A stretch of 64,000 nt of DNA from a virus (lineage: Duplodnaviria > Caudoviricetes): IMG/VR virus record IMGVR_UViG_2854744553_000002, positions 2,106 to 66,105 of that record. One strand, given 5' to 3'. The position numbers and the translations under genes are program-made. The notes below the pieces were generated by a model. It was not told the origin of the DNA. It made no database searches and saw nothing but the letters and a program-made list of their open reading frames with translations. This document shows, piece by piece, positions 55,511-64,000 of the stretch (position 1 is the first letter of the stretch; each line of letters starts with the position of its first letter).

Positions 55511-57286
55511 ATGCAACGCGAAAACACGCTCACCCGCGAAATCCACAACCTTCTCCAGGGCAGCGACGACTGGCACGCTTTCCGCTTCGACCACCATGGC
55601 GCCAGCGAGGCGGCCGCGATGCTCGGTCTGTCGAAGAAGGTCACTCGCAGCGAACTGGTGCGCATGAAGGCCACCGGTCTGGACAAGGAATTCAGCGACT
55701 GGGTGCAGGAAAACATTCTGGACTACGGCCATGAGGTCGAAGCGCTTGCGCGCCCGTTCGCCGAGCGCATCATCGGCGACGACCTCTACCCCGCCACCCT
55801 GTCGCTGGGCCGCGAGAGCGCATCCTGCGACGGCCTGAACATGGCCGAGACCATCGGCTTCGAGCACAAGCAATGGAATGCAGAGCTGGCGGCGTCGGTA
55901 CGCGCCGACGTGCTGCCGGAAGAGCATCAGCCGCAGGTCCAGCAGCAGTTGCTGGTCACCGGCGCCGAGAAGTGGCTGTTCATGGCATCCGACGGCACCG
56001 AAAACAACATGGTCTGGATGTGGGTTTATCCGGACACCGCCTGGTTCGCGCGCATTGTCGGCGGCTGGGAGCAGTTCGATATCGACGTCGCCAATTACAC
56101 GCAGATGGACATTGCCGAGAAGCCAGCAGCCGAGCCTATCGCCGCCCTGCCCGCCCTCGTCGTCCAGACCGAAGGCAAGGTCGTCAGCAGCAACTTGGTG
56201 GCGTACAAGGCCGCCGCCGAAAAGTTCATTGCCAAAATCAACACCAAGCTGGAAACCGACGAAGACTTCGCCAATGCCGAAAACACCGTCAAGTATTGCG
56301 GCGAGGCGGAAGATAAGCTGGAACTGGCCAAGGCGGCCGCCCTCGCACAGACCGCGACCATTGACGAAGTAATGCGCACGGTCGACCACATCAAGGCTCA
56401 GTTCCGCGCCAAGCGCCTGGAACTGGAAAAGCTGGTAAAAACCCGCAAGGAACAGATCAAGGAAACTATCCTGAACGAAGGCCGGCACGCCTTCACTGCG
56501 CATATTACCGCGCTCGAGACCGAAATCACGCCGCTGCGCCTGCAGCAGCCCCAGCCGGATTTCGCAGGCGCCATGAAGAACAAACGCACCCTCGGCAGCC
56601 TGCGCGATGCCGTCAGTACCACGCTGGCCAACGCCAAGATTGCAGCCAACACGCAAGCCGCTGACTACCGCGCCAAGCAGGCCTGGTGCCGCGAGCATGC
56701 CGCTACCTATGGTTTTCTGTTCATGGACATGGCCAACATCATCGGCAAGCCGATGGATGACTTCCAGCTGGTCATTACCAGCCGCATCGCCGATCACAAA
56801 CGCGCCGAGGAAGCGAAGGCCGAAGCCGAGCGGGCCCGGATCCGCGAAGAGGAGCGCGTCAAGGCAGAAAAGGCAGCCGCCGAGACGATCCGCCTGGCCA
56901 AGGTCGAATCTGACCGCCTCGCGGCAGAGGCGGCACAGGCCGAACGCGAGCGCACGGCAGCCGACACGCAGCGCCAGCTGGCGAAGCAAGCCTCGCAGAT
57001 CGCTGCCGAGCGCGCCGCCGAGCCGGTCGCCCAGGCTGAGGCCCCAGCGCCCTCCTCCCCTGTCGGCATTCGCCGCGCGCCCGCCGCCATCGCGCCGGCG
57101 CCGAGCCGCCCAGCGCCAGCAGCAGACCTGCTCGACGCCGCTGCCGATGACCTTTACCCATCCGACAGCGACATCCTCGATGTGCTGTTCGAACAGTTCG
57201 GCCTGACGCCGGCCGAGGCCATTGACCGCCTGGCCAAGTTCGACTTTGCCGCCGCGCGTGCCGGCCTGGTCGCCGAAGCTGCATAA
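55511..57286 (+). CDS. YqaJ-like (lambda Exo family) exonuclease with a long coiled-coil tail
   Basis: QGSDDWH...GASEA...GHEVE...ASCDG...FEHK...QVQQQL. Confidence 0.9.
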   Translation: MQRENTLTREIHNLLQGSDDWHAFRFDHHGASEAAAMLGLSKKVTRSELVRMKATGLDKEFSDWVQENILDYGHEVEALARPFAERIIGDDLYPATLSLGRESASCDGLNMAETIGFEHKQWNAELAASVRADVLPEEHQPQVQQQLLVTGAEKWLFMASDGTENNMVWMWVYPDTAWFARIVGGWEQFDIDVANYTQMDIAEKPAAEPIAALPALVVQTEGKVVSSNLVAYKAAAEKFIAKINTKLETDEDFANAENTVKYCGEAEDKLELAKAAALAQTATIDEVMRTVDHIKAQFRAKRLELEKLVKTRKEQIKETILNEGRHAFTAHITALETEITPLRLQQPQPDFAGAMKNKRTLGSLRDAVSTTLANAKIAANTQAADYRAKQAWCREHAATYGFLFMDMANIIGKPMDDFQLVITSRIADHKRAEEAKAEAERARIREEERVKAEKAAAETIRLAKVESDRLAAEAAQAERERTAADTQRQLAKQASQIAAERAAEPVAQAEAPAPSSPVGIRRAPAAIAPAPSRPAPAADLLDAAADDLYPSDSDILDVLFEQFGLTPAEAIDRLAKFDFAAARAGLVAEAA

Positions 57287-57315
57287 ACCACCCCGCCCAC
57301 CACCTGGAGAAACCC

Positions 57316-58026
57316 ATGAATACAGCAGTCGCAGCACCACAAATCACCCTGCAAGCCATCCAATCGTCGCAGATCGCCGCCATCGGCCACTGCCCGGCGA
57401 CCGAGACGCTGGCCGTGCAGTTCTTCCGCAAGGGCGCGCCGGCGGACGTGTACCACTACGCCAATGTCACGGCCACCGAGTATGCAGCCTTCGCCGGCGC
57501 CGAGTCCATCGGCAAGCACTTCTACGCGCACATCAAGCCGCATGCCGACAAGCACCCGTACACGAACAAGGGCACGCCGGCCGTCGAGCTGGCGCCGGTC
57601 AAGCTGAGTAAGGAACTGCTGGCCGGCCTGCTGACGGGCCGCGAATACGGCCGCGAAATGGTCAAAGAAGAAGAGCAGCAGGCCAAGGCAGCCGGCCTGA
57701 TCGTGATCTTTGGCGCCAGCGACGACCTGATGGAGTTCCGTGGCTTCGTGGACGACGAGCGCGGCGCGCCGACCATCGCACTGGTCGACGCCAAGGGCCT
57801 GCTGCCGTTCCGCGAGGATATCCAGCAAGACGACGATGCACTCAAGGATTATTTCGCCCGGGCGCCGCAGGTGCGCGCCGTGGATGCGCTGTGGGCCAAG
57901 GAAGACGGCTACAGCTGGACCTACCGCACCGACGTGCCGCACGCCACCTTCGAAATCGTGGAAGACGGCGAGCCTTACTGCCGCGGCATCGTGATCGACG
58001 TGGCCGACCTGGGCGGTGCAGCGTGA
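57316..58026 (+). CDS. KTSC-domain fusion protein
   Basis: SSQIAAIGH...LAVQF...YHYANV...AESIGKHF, followed by a second domain (IFGASDDLMEFRG). Confidence 0.8.
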   Translation: MNTAVAAPQITLQAIQSSQIAAIGHCPATETLAVQFFRKGAPADVYHYANVTATEYAAFAGAESIGKHFYAHIKPHADKHPYTNKGTPAVELAPVKLSKELLAGLLTGREYGREMVKEEEQQAKAAGLIVIFGASDDLMEFRGFVDDERGAPTIALVDAKGLLPFREDIQQDDDALKDYFARAPQVRAVDALWAKEDGYSWTYRTDVPHATFEIVEDGEPYCRGIVIDVADLGGAA

Positions 58027-58271
58027 CCGGCCGCGCCGAACGCCAGGCACGGGCGACCGCAAAGCTCCAGGCTACTTGTGACAAGTTTAACGCCGCGTAC
58101 CAGGTCGGCGCCGCCGTCAGCGTCAAGCTGGATGGTGGCGAGGTCCGCAAGACGGTCACGAATAGCGAAGCGCAGGTCATGGGCGGCCACACTGCGGTCA
58201 TATGGCTGGATGGTATTCGCGGCTGCTATGACCTGGAACGGGTGACGGCCTTAAAGGCGGAAAAAGCATGA
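58023..58271 (+). CDS. Hypothetical protein
   Basis: GTGA/ATGA coupled; FNAAYQVG...GHTAVIWLDG. Confidence 0.65.
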   Translation: MTGRAERQARATAKLQATCDKFNAAYQVGAAVSVKLDGGEVRKTVTNSEAQVMGGHTAVIWLDGIRGCYDLERVTALKAEKA

Positions 58272-58906
58272 GCACCTCTTGCGCTGAGGCGCAATTCCTC
58301 CGCGACGTGGCAGACCACGAAATGACCGTGCTGCGTGACGATGGCGGCAACGGTCGGCATGTTCGCTTCTCGCGCCCCGGCACTGGCTGCATGCACTTCG
58401 ATCTGATTACCTGGCCCGGCTACCTCTGCTACACCGGCGACATGGGCACCTACGTCTTTCAGCGGCTGACCGACATGTTCGAGTTCTTCCGTACTGATCG
58501 GGAGTACAAAAAGCGCAACGGCGCCAAGTTGGCGGTCAACCTCTCGTACTGGGGCGAAAAGCTTCAGGCGACAGATCGCGACGGCTACCGAAAATATTCG
58601 GCCGAGAAGTTCAAGACGAATGTCATGGACTGGATTGAGCAACGGGGGCTGACCGGAAAGCTTGGGCATGGCCTACGTAATGAGCTTCAATCCGAAGTGC
58701 TGGACCATGCAGACGATGGCGCCGACGCAGCCTACCGCGCGGCAATGGACTTTGTCTGGAACGGGAAGCGCGTTTTCCCCGATTTTTACGAGGTAGACAG
58801 CGAGGATTACTCGCACCGCTTCCTCTGGTGCTGCTACGCGCTGGCATGGGGCATCGAGCAATACGACGCGGTCAAGCAGTCGGCGGCCGAGGCGATGCCA
58901 GCATGA
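58268..58906 (+). CDS. Conserved hypothetical phage protein
   Basis: FDLITWPGYLCYTGDMG...YWGEKLQA. Confidence 0.8.
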   Translation: MSTSCAEAQFLRDVADHEMTVLRDDGGNGRHVRFSRPGTGCMHFDLITWPGYLCYTGDMGTYVFQRLTDMFEFFRTDREYKKRNGAKLAVNLSYWGEKLQATDRDGYRKYSAEKFKTNVMDWIEQRGLTGKLGHGLRNELQSEVLDHADDGADAAYRAAMDFVWNGKRVFPDFYEVDSEDYSHRFLWCCYALAWGIEQYDAVKQSAAEAMPA

Positions 58907-58934
58907 TGGCGCGCCGCGCCGCAGGAGCGCCGCC

Positions 58935-59348
58935 ATGACGAAACAGACCTACTTCCTCGTACACGAGGAGGCACGGCGCCGGGCGGTCGAATTTGCCAAG
59001 ACCGCGCCGCCCGGCTGGATGGTGGTGTTTTCCGAGCCGAAGAAGAAGCGCGCCCAGGAAGAAAAGTATCACGCGATGATCGGCGAGATCGCCAAGCAGG
59101 TCGAGCACATCGGGCGCAAGTGGGATGCGGATGACATGAAGCGGCTGCTGGTGGACGAGTTTGCCGACGAAATGCGCCTGGCCGGCACGCCGCTGCACCA
59201 CGACGGGCGCGTGACGCCCAGCTTCGACGGGCGCCGGATCGTTCAGTTGGGCGTCCAGACCAGCGACTTCTACGTGAAGGAAGCCGCGCAGTTCATTGAA
59301 TTTTTGTATGCCTTCGGTGCCGCGCGCGGCGTCGTATTCTCAGAATAA
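58935..59348 (+). CDS. ninB: NinB/Orf-family recombination mediator
   Basis: QEEKYHAMIGEIAKQ...TS.F...FIEFLYAFGAARGVVF. Confidence 0.8.
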   Translation: MTKQTYFLVHEEARRRAVEFAKTAPPGWMVVFSEPKKKRAQEEKYHAMIGEIAKQVEHIGRKWDADDMKRLLVDEFADEMRLAGTPLHHDGRVTPSFDGRRIVQLGVQTSDFYVKEAAQFIEFLYAFGAARGVVFSE

Positions 59349-59357
59349 GGAAGCGCC

Positions 59358-60677
59358 ATGTTTTTCAAGAACCTCCAGATTTACCGCTTGCCCGGCTCTT
59401 GGGCCATGACGGCCGCAGTGCTCGAGCAGGCGCTGGCGCCGCAGCAGTTCACGCCCGCTACCAGCATGGACCTGGTGCGCCAGGGCTGGGCCGCGCCGCG
59501 CGGCGCCGGCGCGCCGCTGGTGCACGCAGTCGGCGACCAGTTCCTGCTGCAGCTGAAAACCGAGAAGAAGCTGCTGCCGTCGACCGTGGTCAACCAGGTC
59601 GCCGCCGCCCGCGCGCTGGAAATGGAAGAGGCCCAGGGCTTCGCGCCCGGCAAGAAGGCAATGAAGGAACTGAAAGAGCGCGTCACCGACGAGCTGCTGC
59701 CGCGCGCGTTCGCCATCCTCAGCACCACGGCCGTGTGGATTGACCCGGTGAACGGCTGGCTGGTGGTAGACGCGGCCAGCCCGGCCAAGGCCGATGAAGT
59801 GATCAAGCTGCTGCTCAAATCCGTAGACAAGCTGCCGCTGGAAAGCCTGCGTGTGCAGCGCTCGCCGGTGGGCGCGATGACGGAATGGCTGCAGGCGGAC
59901 GAATCCCCTACCGGCTTCACGGTCGACCAGGATGCGATCATGCGCGCCACGGGCGAGAGCAAGGCCCAGGTGGCGTACAAGCGCCACACGCTGGAAGCGG
60001 ACGATATCCGCCGCCACATCGCCGCCGGCAAGCAGTGCACCCGCCTGGCCATGACCTGGAGCGACAAGATCAGCTTCGTGCTAGACGAGTCGCTGGCCAT
60101 CAAGTCCATCAAGCCGCTAGAGATCATCAAGGAAAGCGCCACTCGCAACGACGACGAGCGCTTCGACAGCGATTTCGCGCTGATGACGGGCGAGCTGGCG
60201 AAGATGCTAGCCGACCTGGTCGAGGTGCTGGGCGGCGAGGCCGACGTGGAGACGCAAGCAGCGGGCCCGGCTGCTGCCGGCCAGCAGAAGATCGAACGAG
60301 CCGTGAACTTGACTGCCGATCTGTACAAGCTACGCGCCCGTTATCGCGATGTGCTCAACGAGCTGTATGACAGCACCGTGCAGCCGGCCGTTGCCCGCGT
60401 GCGCGAACACATGGCGGAAACCGCCGAGGGCGCAATTAAATCGGCGCTGACGCTGGCCAAGGAGCTTCCTGGCGGCTCACAATCCGCCGACCTGCTCCTA
60501 GTAGCCGCCGTTGAAATCATGGAACCGAGCCCACGGCCGGCAACGGGCGATGCCCCTGTCCGACAGCAGCGGCCGGCGCTGATGCTTAAGGCGATGGAGG
60601 GCTCGGTAGCGGGGCCTATGCAATTGAATGGGACCCGTGAAATAGTAACTAACGAAAAACCTGATCAATCATGCTAA
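59358..60677 (+). CDS. rdgC: RdgC recombination-associated protein with a C-terminal extension
   Basis: MFFKNLQIYRL...EKKLLP...LLPRAF...FDSDFALMTGEL. Confidence 0.92.
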   Translation: MFFKNLQIYRLPGSWAMTAAVLEQALAPQQFTPATSMDLVRQGWAAPRGAGAPLVHAVGDQFLLQLKTEKKLLPSTVVNQVAAARALEMEEAQGFAPGKKAMKELKERVTDELLPRAFAILSTTAVWIDPVNGWLVVDAASPAKADEVIKLLLKSVDKLPLESLRVQRSPVGAMTEWLQADESPTGFTVDQDAIMRATGESKAQVAYKRHTLEADDIRRHIAAGKQCTRLAMTWSDKISFVLDESLAIKSIKPLEIIKESATRNDDERFDSDFALMTGELAKMLADLVEVLGGEADVETQAAGPAAAGQQKIERAVNLTADLYKLRARYRDVLNELYDSTVQPAVARVREHMAETAEGAIKSALTLAKELPGGSQSADLLLVAAVEIMEPSPRPATGDAPVRQQRPALMLKAMEGSVAGPMQLNGTREIVTNEKPDQSC

Positions 60678-61369
60678 GAAAAAATTGCCTTAGCAGCGGT
60701 ATCGAAGTCCTGCTTGGCCAGTCGCGCTACCTCTGGCCAAATATTTGCGCTATTCCACAAGCTACTGGCGCTAAATTTAAGCTCGCCCTCTTCCCAGGCG
60801 CGCAGGAGGTGCTGATCAAGTGTCGCCAAAGCATCGCGAATTCTAAGAACTGTCTGAACCAGCTCTTGGGATCCCATTTCATGCATTGGAATCTGATCAA
60901 TCAAGCGGAGCGCATTCGCAAATTGGGGAATCCCTTGGTAATTGCTAAGTGCAATCACCGCATAAATCCTGTCATCCTGCGGAAGGATGGGCATGGCTTT
61001 CTCCTTCTTCCTGGCAATCAGCTCGATGCCCTTTACTTCATTGCCAATCGCTGTGATCTGCCTACATGCCTCATCAAGGACCGCACCAACGCTATCAATT
61101 TTGCGGCGCAGAGTTCGCTCATCCGCCTTGATCATAAGTTGAGCGGCATGATCACCTTGCAAACGCACCACATAGAGCGCCAGAAAGATAGTAAAAAACG
61201 CAAATATCGCCTGAGCCCAATACGCTATCTCAGCCTTGCCGTATATCGAACTCGTGTCGGTCAAAGCTACCCGCATCGCAGCAAAAAGAAATGTACATCC
61301 AATTGCAAAAAATATGCCGAGAAGAATGTTCGTCCATGTTTGATTTTTCATAGGGCAATATTATCATGA
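60671..61369 (+). other. Stop-free antisense bridge ORF (232 codons)
   Basis: ATG overlaps the rdgC end (ATGCTAA); TGA overlaps the ASCH start (ATGA). Confidence 0.5.
60674..61351 (-). CDS. Membrane-anchored accessory protein, backwards in the operon (distant paralogue C)
   Basis: Two TM segments incl. AYWAQAIFAFFTIFLALYV; TG-a-TAATAT upstream; low GC. Confidence 0.8.
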   Translation of the reverse strand: MKNQTWTNILLGIFFAIGCTFLFAAMRVALTDTSSIYGKAEIAYWAQAIFAFFTIFLALYVVRLQGDHAAQLMIKADERTLRRKIDSVGAVLDEACRQITAIGNEVKGIELIARKKEKAMPILPQDDRIYAVIALSNYQGIPQFANALRLIDQIPMHEMGSQELVQTVLRIRDALATLDQHLLRAWEEGELKFSASSLWNSANIWPEVARLAKQDFDTAAKAIFS

Positions 61370-61755
61370 AAGCACTTTCAATTCGCCAGCCCTGGGCATG
61401 GCTGATCGTCAACGGCTACAAGGACATCGAGAATCGCAGCTGGCCGACCCGGTTTCGCGGAGAGTTCTTGGTTCACGCCAGCAAGGGCATGACACGCGCA
61501 GAATACGACGACGTCGACCTGATGCTCGCGCTTGACGAGCAGCTGCAGCACATCAAGCTGCCGGCCTTCGAGCAACTGGAGCGCGGCGGCATCGTCGGCG
61601 TGGCCGCCATCACCGATTGCGTCACCAGGTCCAAGTCGCCCTGGTTCTTCGGCTCGCATGGCTTTGTGCTGATCGGTGCAAAGCCGGCACCGTTCGTGCC
61701 GCTGAAAGGAATGCTGGGTTTCTTCGATGTGCCAGCTGGCGTGGCGATGCCATGA
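61366..61755 (+). CDS. ASCH domain protein
   Basis: MKALSIRQPWAWLIVNGYKDIENRSW. Confidence 0.92.
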   Translation: MKALSIRQPWAWLIVNGYKDIENRSWPTRFRGEFLVHASKGMTRAEYDDVDLMLALDEQLQHIKLPAFEQLERGGIVGVAAITDCVTRSKSPWFFGSHGFVLIGAKPAPFVPLKGMLGFFDVPAGVAMP

Positions 61756-62390
61756 AGCACCTGCTTGCCTACGAAGTGCGCGAGCCTGGCGAGGGCCATT
61801 GCGTCATTACCTTTGCCACCAACAGCGCTACAGCACGGCGCGAAGGTGGGAATGAGCTGGACTGCTCCTTCAACGAAGTCGAATCCTGCAACCGCCGCCC
61901 GCTGTTCGATCAGTACGCGCCCGGCCCGGTACCGAAGACCGTGCTGATTGAGCATGGCTGGTGGTTCGAGTGCCACCACTGCAGCCGGCGCGTCAACGAC
62001 GACATGCAGCAAGAAGCCGAGGGTGAAGGAGAAGAGCACGAGCACCTGGAAGTTGTCACCGATGGCGATGCCGTCTACTGCAGCCACAGCTGCGTGATGG
62101 GGGAGTTTGTCGAGCGGCGCGCGCAAAAGGCAGCCCAGGCGGCCCTGATCGAGTTCTTTGCGGTCACCTATCCAGACTGCACGATCAGCATCATATGGGT
62201 AAGCCGCGCGCCGCTGCAGGGGCCGGACAGGCTAGGACATGCCCAGGCGATCCTCTACTTCCGGTTTCCAGGGGCGCAGCACGACGCCACCTTTACGTTC
62301 GGCGAAGACCGCATGCGGATCTCGCCTGATGACAGGCCAGCTTTCTACGCTTGGCGCGGCATCAAGATGCCCACCACGGAGGCTGCATGA
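61752..62390 (+). CDS. Hypothetical Cys-rich phage protein
   Basis: GWWFECHHC...YCSHSC; ATGA coupled. Confidence 0.75.
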   Translation: MKHLLAYEVREPGEGHCVITFATNSATARREGGNELDCSFNEVESCNRRPLFDQYAPGPVPKTVLIEHGWWFECHHCSRRVNDDMQQEAEGEGEEHEHLEVVTDGDAVYCSHSCVMGEFVERRAQKAAQAALIEFFAVTYPDCTISIIWVSRAPLQGPDRLGHAQAILYFRFPGAQHDATFTFGEDRMRISPDDRPAFYAWRGIKMPTTEAA

Positions 62391-62518
62391 CCGATGACGA
62401 CGAAGTGCCGAACAACGAGCGCAGCCCTGGCGCCGCGCGCGTGGCGGCGGCCCTGATCCTGATTTACGTGGCGGCTACCCTCGAGGGCGTCCTGGCCGCG
62501 ACAACCTGAAAGGTAAAT

Positions 62519-62845
62519 ATGAAAACACTAATCGAAGCCGTGCAAGTCGAGCGCCGTGAGGATGGCAGCTACTTCCACCCTGCCCTGGCCAACTCGCCGG
62601 ACGATGACAGCGCCGTAGCTTTCAGCGCCTGGTTGGCGGAATGCGGCGTCGAAGTCACCCGCGTCTGGATGGAGATCGATGCCGCACCGCTTTGCGGGCG
62701 CTACTTGGACGACGATACCGACGCACTGAAGGAGTGGCAGCCCACCACGCCAGCCGGCGCAGACTGGTTCCTGCTGGCCATCTTCGACACCGAGGACGAT
62801 GGTCCCGTGGCGTACTTCGTCCGCCCAGCGCCGGCGGCGACGTGA
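62519..62845 (+). CDS. Conserved hypothetical phage protein
   Basis: G.YFHP...WQP..P....WFLLAIFDTEDDGP. Confidence 0.8.
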   Translation: MKTLIEAVQVERREDGSYFHPALANSPDDDSAVAFSAWLAECGVEVTRVWMEIDAAPLCGRYLDDDTDALKEWQPTTPAGADWFLLAIFDTEDDGPVAYFVRPAPAAT

Positions 62846-63084
62846 ATAGCCGCAGCCCGGCGCCGCAGCCGGAAACTCCGGCGGATGCCGCCTACAAGCT
62901 GGACCGCGCCGTGCTGCGCGCGATCCACACCTGCCAGCCCGTGCTGTTCGAGGGCAAGCAGCACCACTTGCGCGCCATGGGCGCCCAAGTGCTGGGCGGC
63001 GGCGTGTCTTCCGTGATCTACCTGATGGGCGACGCGACGCCGCGCCAACCCAACGATATAACCTTTTTGGAGCAAGCTGAATGA
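62842..63084 (+). CDS. Hypothetical protein
   Basis: GTGA/ATGA coupled ORF. Confidence 0.6.
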   Translation: MNSRSPAPQPETPADAAYKLDRAVLRAIHTCQPVLFEGKQHHLRAMGAQVLGGGVSSVIYLMGDATPRQPNDITFLEQAE

Positions 63085-63668
63085 TCAACAACGAGCAACG
63101 CAATCCACCTGTCCGCGCAACGCCCGCCGATTCATTCCAGAGCCGCGTGCAGCCCTGGATGATGGCGTGCTTCGGCGCCGAAATCTCCGCTGACGGCGCC
63201 GAGCGCAATCACCGCTTTCTGGAGGAATCGCTGGAACTGGTACAGGCATGCGGCTGCACGGCCAGCGAGGCGCACCAGCTGGTCGGCTATGTCTTCGGCC
63301 GCCCAGTCGGCGAGCGCCCCCAGGAAGTCGGCGGCGTCATGGTCACGCTGGCCGCCCTGTGCCTAACCCAAGGCATTGACATGCACGCCGCCGGCGAGAC
63401 GGAGCTGGGCAGGATCTGGACGAAGGTCGAGGCAATCCGCGCCAAGCAGGCGGCCAAGCCGAAGCATTCTCCGCTGCCAGCTGCTGCGCCTCAGCCGATC
63501 ATCGGGCGGCTGATGGATCAAATCTCGGCGCTGCCCGTCCTGTGGGGCTTGAATGAGCCGGGCGCGCTGCTGCGCAACAGCGACGTGTTCCGCGTACTGG
63601 TTGCTGCTGGCCGCGAGCAAGCCGCCCTGGAACGCGCTGCTGACGTGGCGACAGGGAGCGCGCCATGA
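63081..63668 (+). CDS. Putative MazG-like all-alpha NTP pyrophosphatase fold protein
   Basis: RFLEESLELVQ...QEVGGV spacing resembles EExxE...ExxD, but the last Asp is Gly. Confidence 0.5.
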   Translation: MINNEQRNPPVRATPADSFQSRVQPWMMACFGAEISADGAERNHRFLEESLELVQACGCTASEAHQLVGYVFGRPVGERPQEVGGVMVTLAALCLTQGIDMHAAGETELGRIWTKVEAIRAKQAAKPKHSPLPAAAPQPIIGRLMDQISALPVLWGLNEPGALLRNSDVFRVLVAAGREQAALERAADVATGSAP

Positions 63669-64000
63669 ACATGGGCGAGCACGACATGGTGGCCAAGCTG
63701 GTCGAAACCATCGAGCGCAATGCGCGCGCGGCGGCCGCCAAGGCAGAGGCAGAGCGCCAGCCTCTGGCCTGGGTGAAGCTGGAGCGCTACGTCGAAATAT
63801 CAGGTGATTCCGTCGATTCTGTCCAGGCCCGCCGCAAGGCCGGCAAGTGGCTCGACGGCAATCAATGCAAAATTGTGGATGGTCGGCTGTGGATCAACTT
63901 GCCGGCTGTAGAAGAATGGGTAGCAAAATGGGAACAAGCAAGTCCAGTCCGCCAGGCGTCGAACTCCGGTCGGGCGTCCAAAGCGAATCGATCCGCATAA
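63665..64000 (+). CDS. xis: Excisionase
   Basis: WVKLERYVEISG...GKWLDG...DGRLWINLPAVEEW; last gene of the early-left operon. Confidence 0.8.
   Translation: MNMGEHDMVAKLVETIERNARAAAAKAEAERQPLAWVKLERYVEISGDSVDSVQARRKAGKWLDGNQCKIVDGRLWINLPAVEEWVAKWEQASPVRQASNSGRASKANRSA

Larger units (their letters stand above)
1..64000. mobile_element. Temperate siphovirus-like prophage (ends lie outside the window)
   Basis: Ordered lysis, tail, head, terminase, Q, replication, cro/cI, recombination and xis modules; no host housekeeping genes seen. Confidence 0.97.

Noticed and set aside
55421-57340. Long antisense ORFs over GC-rich core genes (also 44271-45977, 20410-21804, 28360-29748, 9383-10672)
   Set aside because: Expected shadows of high-GC3 genes, with no RBS or coupling logic, unlike the bridge ORFs over lower-GC morons.
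1-64000. CRISPR array, rRNA, IS element, integrase or att site
   Set aside because: No repeat-spacer array, rRNA or transposase seen; the window ends at xis, so int/att cannot be assessed.

Overview
The window is almost entirely one temperate, lambdoid-type siphovirus prophage. The GC-rich backbone and gene families suggest a Betaproteobacterial, probably Oxalobacteraceae/Janthinobacterium-like, host (inference). Left to right: a truncated AT-rich accessory gene, lysis cassette, tail, tape measure, a P22 immI-like arc/mnt/ant cassette, tail/head/terminase genes, Q-like antiterminator, replication and DNA-modification genes, the cro/cI switch, a HipA-like kinase + DUF3037 pair at the lambda rexAB position, and the early-left recombination operon ending in an excisionase. 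The integrase and att sites lie outside the window. The most unusual signal is four backwards-oriented accessory genes inside the early operons. Each has a stop-free opposite-strand frame coupled to the flanking operon genes (mostly by ATGA/GTGA overlaps), and three have extended -10 promoter motifs built on the next gene's start codon; three of the four form a membrane-anchored family. Other highlights are a Sar-like antisense RNA, a LexA-type box on the putative late promoter, a TGT-fold/PAPS-reductase/methyltransferase cluster and candidate structured RNAs. All family calls are from motif recognition, not database searches.
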